Positions 1 through 10,795 of a stretch of DNA of 64,000 bases are shown here, piece after piece. Under the pieces are notes generated by a model. That model saw only the letters and a program-made list of their open reading frames with translations. It searched no databases and was not told the DNA's origin. Position 1 is the stretch's first letter. Each line of letters opens with the position of its first letter. The position numbers and the translations under genes are program-made. This DNA is from Escherichia virus TH15, in the sequence record MT446392.1; one strand, written 5' to 3'.

Positions 1-43
1 ATAAAATAGATGAAGTAACCCATATTACAGAGACTGTATATAA

Positions 44-904
44 ATGAAAAATTATCAAGACTTGATTCAAACTGTATTTGACATTGGCTATCAGACTGAC
101 GACCGCACAGGGACTGGTACTATCGCGACATTTGGCACCAAAGTTGAGTGGGACATGTCTGAAGGCTTCCCTGCAACGACCGTTAAACGTTTGGCATACA
201 AATCTGTGGTTGGTGAGCTTCTGTGGTTCCTGGAAGGTTCTACGAACGTTGAACGTCTTCGTGAAATTACTCATGGCCCTGACTCTGATAAAAAGACTAT
301 CTGGGACCAGAACTTTGAAGCCCAAGGTCGTGCATTAGGTTATGTTGATGGCGAACTGGGTCCAGTATATGGTAAACAGTGGCGCGATTTTGGTGGGGTT
401 GACCAGCTGGTTGAGACCATCGAAAAGGTTAAGAAAGTTCCGACCGACCGTCGTCAGATTGTGTCCGCATGGAACCCGGCTGAACTGAAACAAATGGCTT
501 TGCCTCCTTGTCATCTGCTTTACCAGTTTAACGTACACGATGGTGAACTTGACCTGTTATGGTATCAACGTTCGGTTGATGTATTCCTGGGGCTTCCGTT
601 TGACATTGGTTCTTATGGTACGCTTTTACATATCGTTGCTAAAATGACTAGACTTAAGCCTGGTAAGTTGGTATTCATGGGTGGTAACACGCATATCTAT
701 CTTAACCATATCGAGCAATGCAAAGAAGTTCTTCGTCGTGAACCTAAGACTTTACCAACTCTGAAAATCAATTGGCCAGAGCAATTCCAGCAGTGGGACA
801 CGGAAATGCAGTTATATTGGGTGACTCGTCATATGTCTCCGGGTGATTTTGTTCTGGAAAACTATGAGCCACATCCGACAATCCCAGCACCGATGGCGGT
901 ATAA
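44..904 (+). CDS. td: thymidylate synthase, uninterrupted (no group I intron)
   Basis: 286-aa ORF, same length as T4 Td as recalled; ThyA-type sequence (PPCH..QFNV, DLLWYQRS); ATG at 44. Confidence 0.93.
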   Translation: MKNYQDLIQTVFDIGYQTDDRTGTGTIATFGTKVEWDMSEGFPATTVKRLAYKSVVGELLWFLEGSTNVERLREITHGPDSDKKTIWDQNFEAQGRALGYVDGELGPVYGKQWRDFGGVDQLVETIEKVKKVPTDRRQIVSAWNPAELKQMALPPCHLLYQFNVHDGELDLLWYQRSVDVFLGLPFDIGSYGTLLHIVAKMTRLKPGKLVFMGGNTHIYLNHIEQCKEVLRREPKTLPTLKINWPEQFQQWDTEMQLYWVTRHMSPGDFVLENYEPHPTIPAPMAV

Positions 905-1107
905 TGAATATTCGTATAGTAAACAATAGATACGGCACCCGTGAGGTGCTGTTTGAAAAAATGAATATAAGTCTCGATGAACTGCCTAAAGAGAAAACAA
1001 CGATTTTTGTTCAGGGTAAAGAACTTTATGTTATGCGTGTGATTAAATCATATGAATATCACGATTTAACCCAGCACCAGTCTATCTGGTTTATTGTCGA
1101 GGTCTAA
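904..1107 (+). CDS. hypothetical protein, 67 aa
   Basis: ORF whose ATG overlaps the td stop (TAATG), suggesting translational coupling. Confidence 0.45.
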   Translation: MNIRIVNNRYGTREVLFEKMNISLDELPKEKTTIFVQGKELYVMRVIKSYEYHDLTQHQSIWFIVEV

Positions 1108-1172
1108 TGAAAATTCAAATTGCCGGTATTTTATTTCTGGTCGTAATGGTCGGACTTAACTTCCTACTATGA
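1107..1172 (+). CDS. putative 21-aa hydrophobic micropeptide (MKIQIAGILFLVVMVGLNFLL)
   Basis: ATG overlaps the stop of the 904 ORF and its TGA overlaps the ATG of the 1169 ORF; single predicted TM helix; below the ORF-track cutoff. Confidence 0.3.
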   Translation: MKIQIAGILFLVVMVGLNFLL

Positions 1173-1468
1173 AAGCCTGTCGGGTTGTTAACAAATATCA
1201 ATCCGACTTTGATGTGAATATTCAACGGGGTACCATGTGGGGAAACCCATATAAAGATGGTACCCGAGAAGAAAACATAAAGAACTTTAAAGAATATTTC
1301 ATATCAAAGATTAAATCGGGTGAAATCAAAAGAGAACACCTTGAAACCCTACGCGGAATGCGATTGGCCTGTACATGCAAACCAAAAGCATGCCATGGCG
1401 ATGTTATCGCCCTGGTCGTTAACAAACTTTTCAAAGATACCTTTTCGCTCGAGGATTTGGGAGCATAA
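1169..1468 (+). CDS. DUF4326-like protein
   Basis: 99-aa ORF with GNPY...ACTCKPKACHGDVI motif typical of DUF4326. Confidence 0.55.
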   Translation: MKACRVVNKYQSDFDVNIQRGTMWGNPYKDGTREENIKNFKEYFISKIKSGEIKREHLETLRGMRLACTCKPKACHGDVIALVVNKLFKDTFSLEDLGA

Positions 1469-1527
1469 ATACGATTCCGCTTCAGGGCACTGTGATATAA
1501 TTATTTAAAATTTAATGAGAGGAAATT

Positions 1528-1773
1528 ATGAATTTACGATTTAAACGCCAGACTGGCGAAGTCATTTTTGAAATGCTGCAATTTACCGAACAGGATTTAC
1601 CGGCACCAAATTCTTATATCACTATTGACGGAATCAAATTTCTGGCCAAACGTCATGAACGTGTCTACTGTCATGATTCAGCCGGTGACGTCCAGTCATA
1701 TTTTGACATCACCATCCAGTCAGAAGAAGAATATAATGATGAAATGTCTTCGGAACTGCCAGAGTCAATTTAA
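1528..1773 (+). CDS. hypothetical protein, 81 aa
   Basis: ORF with GAGAGGA RBS 6 nt upstream of ATG. Confidence 0.55.
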   Translation: MNLRFKRQTGEVIFEMLQFTEQDLPAPNSYITIDGIKFLAKRHERVYCHDSAGDVQSYFDITIQSEEEYNDEMSSELPESI

Positions 1774-1806
1774 GGTTCCCAACCCTTTTGAACTATAGAG
1801 GAAAAC

Positions 1807-4062
1807 ATGCAAGTACAAAAAAGTAGTGGTGTCTCTCAAGATTTTGATGGCCAGAAAATTATTAAAGTTCTTTCCTGGTCATGTGAAGGAACTAATATCG
1901 ACCCGTATGAATTATACGAAACAATCAAACCACATCTGCGCGATGGTATGACTACCCGCGATATTCAGACGGTTATCATCAAAGTGTCTGCTGGGCTTAT
2001 TTCGGTCGAAGAACCGGATTATCAATATGTTGCAGCGAAGGCTACGATGTTTGCTCTGCGTAAAGATGTTTATGGGCAATTCGAGCCACGTTCTTTTATT
2101 GACCAGATTTCTTATTGTGTTAATGAAGGCAAATATGACCCGGAACTGTTGTCAAGCTACTCCGCCGAAGAGATTACTTATCTGGAATCTCGTATCAAGC
2201 ACGAACGCGATTTTGACCTGACTTATGCAGGCGCGATGCAGTTGAAAGAGAAATACCTGGTTAAAGATAAAACCACTGGTAAAATCTACGAGACTCCACA
2301 ATTCGCTATCATGGCTATCGGCATGGCACTGTACCAGGATGAACCAACGGACCGTCTGAAGCACATTTGCCGTTTTTATGATGCAGTATCCACAAGACAG
2401 GTTTCGTTGCCCACACCTATCATGGCGGGCGCCAGAACACCCACCAGGCAGTTCAGTTCCTGCGTGGTTATCGAAGCTGCAGACTCCCTGAAGTCAATCA
2501 ATAAGACTGCCAATTCAATCATCGAATATATCAGTAAGCGTGCGGGTATCGGCATCAACGTTGGTATGATTCGTGCTGAAGGTTCGAAAATCGGTATGGG
2601 TGAAGTTCGTCATACTGGTGTTATTCCGTTCTGGAAACATTTCCAAACGGCTGTTAAATCCTGTTCACAAGGTGGAATCCGTGGCGGCGCTGCTACTGCT
2701 TATTATCCTTTATGGCATTTGGAAGTTGAAAATTTACTCGTTCTGAAGAACAACAAGGGCGTTGAAGAAAACCGCATCAGACATATGGACTATGGTGTCC
2801 AGTTGAATAACATGATGATGGAACGTCTGGCTAAGAATGATTACATCACTCTGTTTAGTCCACATGAAGCTGGTGGTGAATTGTATTATTCATATTTTGA
2901 TAACCCGGATAAATTCCGCGAGTTATATGAAGCCTTAGAAAAAGACCCGACAGTTCGTAAGAAACGTATCAAAGCAAAAGACCTGTTCGAATTATTCATG
3001 ACCGAACGTTCCGGCACTGCCCGAGTTTATCCACAGTTCGTTGATAACGTGAATGACTATACTCCGTTCATCCGCGATAAGGCTCCGATTCGTCAATCAA
3101 ACCTTTGTTGTGAAATTGCAATCCCGACTACTGATGTAAACAGCGAAGATGCTGAAATCGGATTGTGCACATTGTCTGCATTTGTTCTGGATAGTTTTGA
3201 CTGGCAGGACCAAGATAAGATTAACGAGCTGGCTGAAGTTCAAGTTCGTGCTCTTGATAATCTGTTGGACTACCAAGGTTATCCGGTTAAAGAAGCTCTG
3301 AAAGCCAAAAAACGTCGCAACTTGGGCGTTGGTGTTACCAACTACGCTGCATGGCTGGCAAGCAATTTCGCTTCCTACGCCGATGCAAACGATTTAACCC
3401 ATGAATTATTTGAGAGATTACAATATGGCCTTATCCGAGCATCCATCAAGCTCGCCAAAGAAAAAGGACCTTGCGAATATTATTCAGACACTCGTTGGGC
3501 TCGAGGCGAATTACCTATCGACTGGTACAATAAAAAGATTGACCAAATCGCAGCTCCAAACTACGTTTGTGACTGGGCGCAGCTGCGGGAAGACCTGGTT
3601 GCACATGGCATCCGTAATAGCACCTTATCTGCGCTCATGCCTTGCGAGTCGAGCAGCCAAGTTTCAAATAGTACCAACGGTATCGAACCTCCGCGTGGTC
3701 CAGTAAGTATTAAGGAAAGTAAAGAAGGTTCCTTTAACCAGGTTGTTCCAAATATCGAGCATAATAAAGGATTGTACGATTACGCATGGGTACTGGCTAA
3801 ACAAGGTAATAAACCTTATCTGACTCAAGTCGCGATTATGTTGAAATGGATTTGTCAGTCAGCATCAGCAAACACTTATTATGACCCGCAGAATTATCCG
3901 AAAGGAAAAGTTCCGATGTCAGTTATGCTTGACGACTTGATGTACGGTTGGTATTATGGAATCAAGAATTTTTACTATCACAATACTCGTGATGGCTCGG
4001 GAACTGACGATTACGAATTGGAAATGCCAAAAGCTGATGATTGCTCGGCATGTAAACTGTAA
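1807..4062 (+). CDS. nrdA: ribonucleotide reductase large subunit
   Basis: 751-aa ORF (T4 NrdA is about 754 aa); RBS GAGGAAAA; position after td. Confidence 0.93.
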   Translation: MQVQKSSGVSQDFDGQKIIKVLSWSCEGTNIDPYELYETIKPHLRDGMTTRDIQTVIIKVSAGLISVEEPDYQYVAAKATMFALRKDVYGQFEPRSFIDQISYCVNEGKYDPELLSSYSAEEITYLESRIKHERDFDLTYAGAMQLKEKYLVKDKTTGKIYETPQFAIMAIGMALYQDEPTDRLKHICRFYDAVSTRQVSLPTPIMAGARTPTRQFSSCVVIEAADSLKSINKTANSIIEYISKRAGIGINVGMIRAEGSKIGMGEVRHTGVIPFWKHFQTAVKSCSQGGIRGGAATAYYPLWHLEVENLLVLKNNKGVEENRIRHMDYGVQLNNMMMERLAKNDYITLFSPHEAGGELYYSYFDNPDKFRELYEALEKDPTVRKKRIKAKDLFELFMTERSGTARVYPQFVDNVNDYTPFIRDKAPIRQSNLCCEIAIPTTDVNSEDAEIGLCTLSAFVLDSFDWQDQDKINELAEVQVRALDNLLDYQGYPVKEALKAKKRRNLGVGVTNYAAWLASNFASYADANDLTHELFERLQYGLIRASIKLAKEKGPCEYYSDTRWARGELPIDWYNKKIDQIAAPNYVCDWAQLREDLVAHGIRNSTLSALMPCESSSQVSNSTNGIEPPRGPVSIKESKEGSFNQVVPNIEHNKGLYDYAWVLAKQGNKPYLTQVAIMLKWICQSASANTYYDPQNYPKGKVPMSVMLDDLMYGWYYGIKNFYYHNTRDGSGTDDYELEMPKADDCSACKL

Positions 4063-4790
4063 TGAATTATCAAAACATTTATAATAATTTAATATCCCGG
4101 GGTAAAACCCGGGAACCTTTAGCCGAATATAAAGAGATTCATCATATTATCCCAAGATGTATGGGTGGTACTGATGAAAAGACAAACCTTGTCGAGTTAA
4201 CAGCTCGAGAACATTTTATTGCTCATTTACTTTTATGCAAAATAAATCCCGGTCATTTTGGATTAGTCTCGGCCCTAACTTTAATGGCAACAGATAAAGC
4301 TGGAAATCGTATTAATAATAAATTGTATAGTTTCCATCGAAAGCTATTTGCCAAAGCAAATTCCGAATTCTTTAAGGAACACTGGAAAAATAACCCACAC
4401 CCCCGCGGTATGTTGGGTAAGCATCACAGTGAAGAATCTAAACAAATTGTAAGCGAAAAGAATAAGTTAGCTGTTCCATCTACAGAAATTTATCAATTTA
4501 CTCTCGATGGTGAATTTGTTGAAAAATTTAGGTCATTACAAGAGGCGGCGAGGACTGTAAATGGAAACGCGTCAAACATCAAGTATTGTGCAAGTGGAAA
4601 ATTTCAATATGCGTATGGATTTAGATGGTCATATTCGCTTCAACCCACATTTGATAAAATAACTCCACGACAATATAAAGGTGCCCGTGGTAAAATCTGT
4701 ATTAATGACGGGTTTACAAATAAATTAATTGAATCCTCTGAAATTATCCCCGATGGATGGGTCAGAGGAAGGATAAAGGTTAATAAATGA
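4062..4790 (+). CDS. mobE: freestanding HNH homing endonuclease, MobE-like
   Basis: 242-aa ORF with HHIIPRCMGG...N...H HNH motif; sits between nrdA and nrdB as mobE does in T4; start and stop overlap neighbours (ATGA). Confidence 0.75.
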   Translation: MNYQNIYNNLISRGKTREPLAEYKEIHHIIPRCMGGTDEKTNLVELTAREHFIAHLLLCKINPGHFGLVSALTLMATDKAGNRINNKLYSFHRKLFAKANSEFFKEHWKNNPHPRGMLGKHHSEESKQIVSEKNKLAVPSTEIYQFTLDGEFVEKFRSLQEAARTVNGNASNIKYCASGKFQYAYGFRWSYSLQPTFDKITPRQYKGARGKICINDGFTNKLIESSEIIPDGWVRGRIKVNK

Positions 4791-5965
4791 GTACAGTTTT
4801 TAACACCAAACAAGTCGATGTTTTGGAGGAGCCGATGTTCTTCGGTTCCGGATTGGGCATCGCCCGTTATGATATCCAACGTCATAAGGTATTTGAAGAA
4901 CTTACTGAAAAATCCCTCTCATTTTTCTGGCGGCCAGAGGAAGTCAACCTGATGATGGATGGAGCCCAATTTAATAAGCTTCCTGAACATCAACAAAATA
5001 TTTTTACCAACAACCTGAAATACCAATCACTTCTGGATAGTATCCAGGGTCGTGCTCCAGCTGCAGCATTAGCCGCATTAGTTTCCGACCCAAGTCTTGA
5101 TACATGGATTCAGACCTGGACATTCAGCGAGACAATTCACTCTCGTTCTTATACGCACATAATGCGAAATCTCTATACGGACCCGGCGAAGGTATTCGAC
5201 GAAATCCTGTTAGATGATGCAATTATGAAGCGCGCAGAATCTATCGGTCATTACTATGATGATGTTCTGAATAAAACTCGTCAATGGCAAAACCAGATTG
5301 CTTTTGTTGAACTGGCCAAAGAAACTCCCGAAGCGGACGAACGTTTGGAACGAGCTATCAAACAAGAAGCTATTGCCAAACGAGCATTGATGAAGTCTCT
5401 TTATCTCTGTCTGCACGTTATTAACGCCCTGGAAGCTATTCGTTTTTATGTATCTTTTGCTTGTACTTTCAACTTCCATAAAAACATGGAAATCATGGAA
5501 GGTAATGCGAAGATAATGAAGTTCATCGCCCGTGATGAACAGCTCCACCTTAAGGGGACCCAATATATTCTTCGTCAGTTGCAGACTGGCACCGACGGTG
5601 ACGAATGGGTTAAAATTGCTCAAGAATGTGAAGCAGAAGCCGCAGCTATTTTCATGGAAGTTAATCGCCAGGAAAAAGAATGGGCCGTGCATCTGTTTAA
5701 AGATGGTGGACTCCCTGGGCTGAGCGTCGAGATTCTTAACCGGTTCATCGATTACCTGACAGTTTCTCGTATGAAGCAATGCGGTCTCCCTTGTGAAATC
5801 GTGTTAGAATCTACTAAGCACCCGATTCCATGGATTCGCGAATATCTCAATTCTGATAATGTGCAATCAGCACCACAAGAAGTTGAGTTGTCCGCTTACC
5901 TGGTAGCCCAGATTGACAATGACGTCGATGAGAATGTTCTTGCTGGTTTCCGTAAATATCTATAA
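4787..5965 (+). CDS. nrdB: ribonucleotide reductase small subunit, uninterrupted
   Basis: 392-aa ORF; diiron R2-type sequence; no intron or I-TevIII-like insert. Confidence 0.93.
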   Translation: MSTVFNTKQVDVLEEPMFFGSGLGIARYDIQRHKVFEELTEKSLSFFWRPEEVNLMMDGAQFNKLPEHQQNIFTNNLKYQSLLDSIQGRAPAAALAALVSDPSLDTWIQTWTFSETIHSRSYTHIMRNLYTDPAKVFDEILLDDAIMKRAESIGHYYDDVLNKTRQWQNQIAFVELAKETPEADERLERAIKQEAIAKRALMKSLYLCLHVINALEAIRFYVSFACTFNFHKNMEIMEGNAKIMKFIARDEQLHLKGTQYILRQLQTGTDGDEWVKIAQECEAEAAAIFMEVNRQEKEWAVHLFKDGGLPGLSVEILNRFIDYLTVSRMKQCGLPCEIVLESTKHPIPWIREYLNSDNVQSAPQEVELSAYLVAQIDNDVDENVLAGFRKYL

Positions 5966-5967
5966 GG

Positions 5968-5988
5968 AAAGGGCTTCGGCCCTTTTTG
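5968..5988 (+). terminator. rho-independent terminator (GGGCUUCGGCCC + U-run)
   Basis: GC stem with UUCG tetraloop followed by TTTTT directly after the nrdB stop. Confidence 0.7.
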
Positions 5989-5991
5989 TCT

Positions 5992-6402
5992 ATGAAACAA
6001 ATCGCTGACGAATACAGTTTTATAAAATATGCGGAGTTAGAGTTAGTCGATGGTAAAATCCCTATCCTTACTCTCGCAAACAAGAAAAATGTTATCTACG
6101 CTATTTCAGTTGACGACGAACTAGTGTATATTGGTAAGACGAACAACCTGAAGAAGCGAATCAATTATTACCGGACTGCAATCAATCGTATAGAACAAAC
6201 GAGTGATTCAAACAAATCCCGGATGATACATGAAGCTTTACAAGAAGGCAAAAAGGTGGTATTCTATGCACGACAATGTTTCAATCTGTCAATGACCAAT
6301 GAACTTGGTACGATGTCAGTCGAAACGATGTCTCTGGAAGAGCCGATGTTCATCAAGCTTTTTAATCCCCCGTGGAATTACCAACATAAGGTGAAGAAAT
6401 GA
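5992..6402 (+). CDS. denA: endonuclease II (GIY-YIG family)
   Basis: 136 aa from ATG at 5992 (track start 5986 is TTG inside the terminator); VIYAISVDDELVYIGKT GIY-YIG motif; T4 EndoII is 136 aa. Confidence 0.85.
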   Translation: MKQIADEYSFIKYAELELVDGKIPILTLANKKNVIYAISVDDELVYIGKTNNLKKRINYYRTAINRIEQTSDSNKSRMIHEALQEGKKVVFYARQCFNLSMTNELGTMSVETMSLEEPMFIKLFNPPWNYQHKVKK

Positions 6403-7535
6403 TTGAATTATATGATAACTTAATGAAGCTTTGCGCTGAATCCGATAAAGGTAAGTTTTTCTATACGGATTTTGTTTCTCCATTTGAAACTAAGTTCCGC
6501 ATCTTTAGCTATAACTATGCTTCCTATAGCGATTGGCTCCTTGATGATGCATTAGAGTGCCGCGGCATTATGTTTGAAATGGATGCAGATGGCCCAGTTC
6601 GTATTGCAGCTCGTCCTATGGAAAAGTTCTTTAACTTGGGCGAAAATCCGTTGACCATGGATATCAATATGGATGAAGTTGCGCTGGTCATGACCAAGGC
6701 TGATGGCTCTCTTGTCTCCACTTATATGGACCAGACCAACATTGCCTTTAAATCAAAGGGGTCAATCAAAAGCTCCCAGGCAGCAGAAGCACTACAGGTA
6801 TTCAAACAAGAACACCGTATAGCTTTCCGTGAGCGCGTAACTGAAATTACTGAAGCTGGTTATACATGCAATATGGAATATGTTGCACCAACCAACCGCA
6901 TTGTTTTGCCTTACCAGGAACGTGACCTGATTTTACTGAACGTTCGCCATAATGAAACTGGTGAATATATCCCTTATCAGGATTTGTTTAAAGATGCCGC
7001 GCTTCGCCCATTCCTGGTTGAAGCATATGACCCGGCTACAATTGAAAACGTCCGTGATATGAAAGAGATTGAAGGCTTTGTCTATGAGCTGGCTGACGGT
7101 CGCAAATTTAAAGTTAAGACAGAATGGTATTGTGCTTTACACCATACCAAGGATTCTGTTAACAATAACCAGCGTCTTTTTGAAGTTGTTGTTGCAGGCG
7201 GTGCAGATGATGTTATTGCCATGTTTACTGGCGATGATTATGCTCGTGAAAAAGTTAATGCCTTTACCATTGCACATCTGGATTATCTGTCCAATACCCT
7301 GGGACTGTTGCTTGATGCCCAGAAACAGTTGGCGGGAAAAGACCGACGCGAGTTTGCGATTAAAGGTCAAGAGTTGTGTAAACCATATCCGGGTTTGTTC
7401 TCCGTATTAATGAACACCTATCAACGTCCCCAGGAAACAGAGCAAACCATCGCTCAAATCAATAATGTTTTCCTTAAAAATCATAAACTTTACATCCCGG
7501 TGGACTACCAAGCGGATGTAATCCTGCCTGAATAA
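6399..7535 (+). CDS. rnlA: RNA ligase 1
   Basis: 378-aa ORF; nucleotidyltransferase KxDG motif (MTKADGSL); T4 gp63 is 374 aa. Confidence 0.9.
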   Translation: MIELYDNLMKLCAESDKGKFFYTDFVSPFETKFRIFSYNYASYSDWLLDDALECRGIMFEMDADGPVRIAARPMEKFFNLGENPLTMDINMDEVALVMTKADGSLVSTYMDQTNIAFKSKGSIKSSQAAEALQVFKQEHRIAFRERVTEITEAGYTCNMEYVAPTNRIVLPYQERDLILLNVRHNETGEYIPYQDLFKDAALRPFLVEAYDPATIENVRDMKEIEGFVYELADGRKFKVKTEWYCALHHTKDSVNNNQRLFEVVVAGGADDVIAMFTGDDYAREKVNAFTIAHLDYLSNTLGLLLDAQKQLAGKDRREFAIKGQELCKPYPGLFSVLMNTYQRPQETEQTIAQINNVFLKNHKLYIPVDYQADVILPE

Positions 7536-7539
7536 TAAA

Positions 7540-7562
7540 AAGGGGTGTACAAGCCCCTTCTT
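7540..7562 (+). terminator. putative terminator hairpin
   Basis: GGGG-TGTACAAG-CCCC hairpin then T-rich tract after rnlA stop. Confidence 0.5.
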
Positions 7563-7605
7563 TCTATACATAATGGTTCCATCAACTACTGATGAGGACC
7601 AAACC

Positions 7606-7839
7606 ATGTTAAACTTAATTACAAATGACAGAGTTACAAAGGCATATGGTGACAGAAATGATGGAATCTATGTCTACAAGGGAGACCGCCGGATTGGTTT
7701 CATTACTGACCTGAAGGCCAAATTGTTAAAAGAACTGAAAGACCAAACAGGTGATTCTGGGTTTAGAGCAAGAGCTAAAAAGAAAGATGAGCGCCTGGGT
7801 GCAAACTCTTTTGGTCCTAGAGGTTATAACCGCTATTGA
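7606..7839 (+). CDS. Alc N-terminal-domain paralog, 77 aa
   Basis: About 65% identity over 37 aa with the N-terminus of the downstream alc ORF (YGDR.DGIYVYKG...GF.TDL); GAGGAC RBS before ATG 7606 (alternative ATG at 7573). Confidence 0.5.
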   Translation: MLNLITNDRVTKAYGDRNDGIYVYKGDRRIGFITDLKAKLLKELKDQTGDSGFRARAKKKDERLGANSFGPRGYNRY

Positions 7840-7849
7840 GGAAAATATT

Positions 7850-8353
7850 ATGAATATGCAACTGATTTCAAATGATATGATTGTTGATGTATATGGTGAC
7901 CGCCATGACGGAATCTATGTTTATAAGGGTTCCAAAAATGTTGGGTTCCTTACTGACTTAAGAAAGAAACTGGCGTCTGATAATAAGTTGAAGACCAAAC
8001 AGAAGGAATATCGCAATAAGAAATCAGAAGAGCGGAAAGAAGCCCTTCATGAATCTGTTCCAGAAATGGTTGACTTCTTAAAGAACCATTTGGTTAAATA
8101 TGATGCAGAAGTGTTCATCAATCAGACCCAACCTAATGTGCATATCAATGGATGTGTTTGTTATGTTGTGGTTGAACCCCTGACACTTCAACACCGCCTG
8201 GGAATTAAACACCCAGTGTTAACCCAGGATGATATGGCGGATGAAGTTGGTAATCAGTTCCGCATTTCAGCATCTGACAGTACAAATCACATCCTCCTGA
8301 ATGGTTTATCCCAGGATGATATTGTTGAGGTAATCATCAAGTTATGCAAATAA
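7850..8353 (+). CDS. alc: Alc-like host transcription shut-off protein
   Basis: 167 aa from ATG 7850 with GAGG RBS (track start 7751 lies in the upstream gene); T4 Alc is 167 aa and lies between rnlA and pseT.3. Confidence 0.6.
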   Translation: MNMQLISNDMIVDVYGDRHDGIYVYKGSKNVGFLTDLRKKLASDNKLKTKQKEYRNKKSEERKEALHESVPEMVDFLKNHLVKYDAEVFINQTQPNVHINGCVCYVVVEPLTLQHRLGIKHPVLTQDDMADEVGNQFRISASDSTNHILLNGLSQDDIVEVIIKLCK

Positions 8354-8697
8354 GTAATCTAACTGCAGGGCTTATGCTCGCCCTGGTAGTAACTGCTGGT
8401 AGTGGTTTCTATCTAAAAGCAAAAGTGGATAATCTCAAGACAGAGGTGGCTGCGGTCACCAAAGTTGCAGAAGATAACGCGAAAAATCTACAATCAATAA
8501 AAGACCAGGTTAATCAAATTAATCTCCTTGACCAGGAGCGCCAGGAATATGTTGAACTTCTGCAAAAGGAAAATGATAAACTTCGTGCAGACGCAAAACG
8601 TGCTAAGGTTGTGGCGGCTAAGCCTAAATTAGTTGAAAAACAGATTAATCAGTCCTTTGATAAGTTTGCCCAGGACTTCCAGGAGCTCACCAAATGA
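8344..8697 (+). CDS. pseT.3: i-spanin (inner-membrane spanin, Rz-like)
   Basis: N-terminal TM helix (LTAGLMLALVVTAGSGFYL) followed by a charged coiled-coil domain; position matches T4 pseT.3. Confidence 0.65.
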   Translation: MQISNLTAGLMLALVVTAGSGFYLKAKVDNLKTEVAAVTKVAEDNAKNLQSIKDQVNQINLLDQERQEYVELLQKENDKLRADAKRAKVVAAKPKLVEKQINQSFDKFAQDFQELTK

Positions 8698-8984
8698 TGA
8701 AATCTATCATGGCAGTATGTTTGGCTATTGGACTTGTTTCATGCGCCCAGAAGCCTGTTGTGGAGCCCACAATTCAAGTTCATCCTAATTGGCCACAGAC
8801 ATTAATGGAATACCGTCAGCAATGGGAAGTGAAGGTAATTGACGGTCAACCATGGGTTGGTATGCCTTTTGAAGCATCGCAAGAATTCCGGATTTGGATG
8901 AATGATGTAAAAAGGTATGTACATGACCAAAAAGGTATGTTATGTTATTATCGTTCTGAACTAAAAGAGGAGCGTTGCAAATGA
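8694..8984 (+). CDS. pseT.2: o-spanin (outer-membrane lipoprotein, Rz1-like)
   Basis: Signal peptide with lipobox LVSC; small Pro-rich periplasmic protein with C-terminal Cys; position matches T4 pseT.2. Confidence 0.65.
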   Translation: MMKSIMAVCLAIGLVSCAQKPVVEPTIQVHPNWPQTLMEYRQQWEVKVIDGQPWVGMPFEASQEFRIWMNDVKRYVHDQKGMLCYYRSELKEERCK

Positions 8985-9148
8985 TAGAGACCTGTAGCCT
9001 TGGTTGGGATATTGTTAGATTTGGTGCATTCTGTTTTTGTTTTGGGATTGCGGCCACTTTATGTGTTCAAGGTCTTTTTGGAAAGTAGTGTACAAACTCA
9101 TGGGAGCAGAGTATAATGCTCCTACGGATAATAATTGAGGAAATAATT

Positions 9149-10364
<1,216 letters not shown>

Positions 10365-10365
<1 letters not shown>

Positions 10366-10565
10366 TGAACAATATCGAAAAGATTTTTCGCAAGATTGAA
10401 GAAATTGAAAAAGGTTATGAATACTTTTTCAGCGTATGGCCGCTAACTGATGGACGTATCGGTCTGGATGTGATGGACTATCAAGATGAAGACAAGGTTG
10501 ATGGCGGTATCTTTACCTCCGCCACGGCCCTCCTGGACTTCCTGGAAGAGCATTATGTACGATAA
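10365..10565 (+). CDS. hypothetical protein, 66 aa
   Basis: ORF with ATG overlapping pseT stop. Confidence 0.45.
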
Positions 10566-10770
10566 ACACGATGAAATTAAAGAGGAAGCATACGGCTTCC
10601 TTAACAAACTAGCTGGGCAAGGAATGTCACCTGCCCTGATTAATGAACTGGTAAAAATTCGTAATGATATGAACACAAGATATAAAGGTGAATATCATGT
10701 AGAGTTTGCACCGCTGGTCGAAATCACCGACCGATTCGTTGTTGATGTTCGGGTTCACACCGTTCATTAA
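10555..10770 (+). CDS. hypothetical protein, 71 aa
   Basis: ORF from ATG 10555 overlapping the previous stop by 11 nt. Confidence 0.45.
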   Translation: MYDKHDEIKEEAYGFLNKLAGQGMSPALINELVKIRNDMNTRYKGEYHVEFAPLVEITDRFVVDVRVHTVH

Positions 10771-10795
10771 CGCTTTAAAAATTTTATGTTATAAT
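10771..10795 (+). promoter_or_regulatory. putative middle-type promoter (GCTTTA box, 12-nt spacer, TATAAT)
   Basis: cGCTTTA at 10771-10777 and TATAAT at 10790-10795, followed by GGGTCTAGGTCC cassette. Confidence 0.4.

Noticed and set aside
44-5965. Group I introns / intron-encoded endonucleases in td and nrdB, as in T4
   Set aside because: Both genes are single uninterrupted ORFs of the expected length; the only endonuclease-like ORF here is freestanding between nrdA and nrdB
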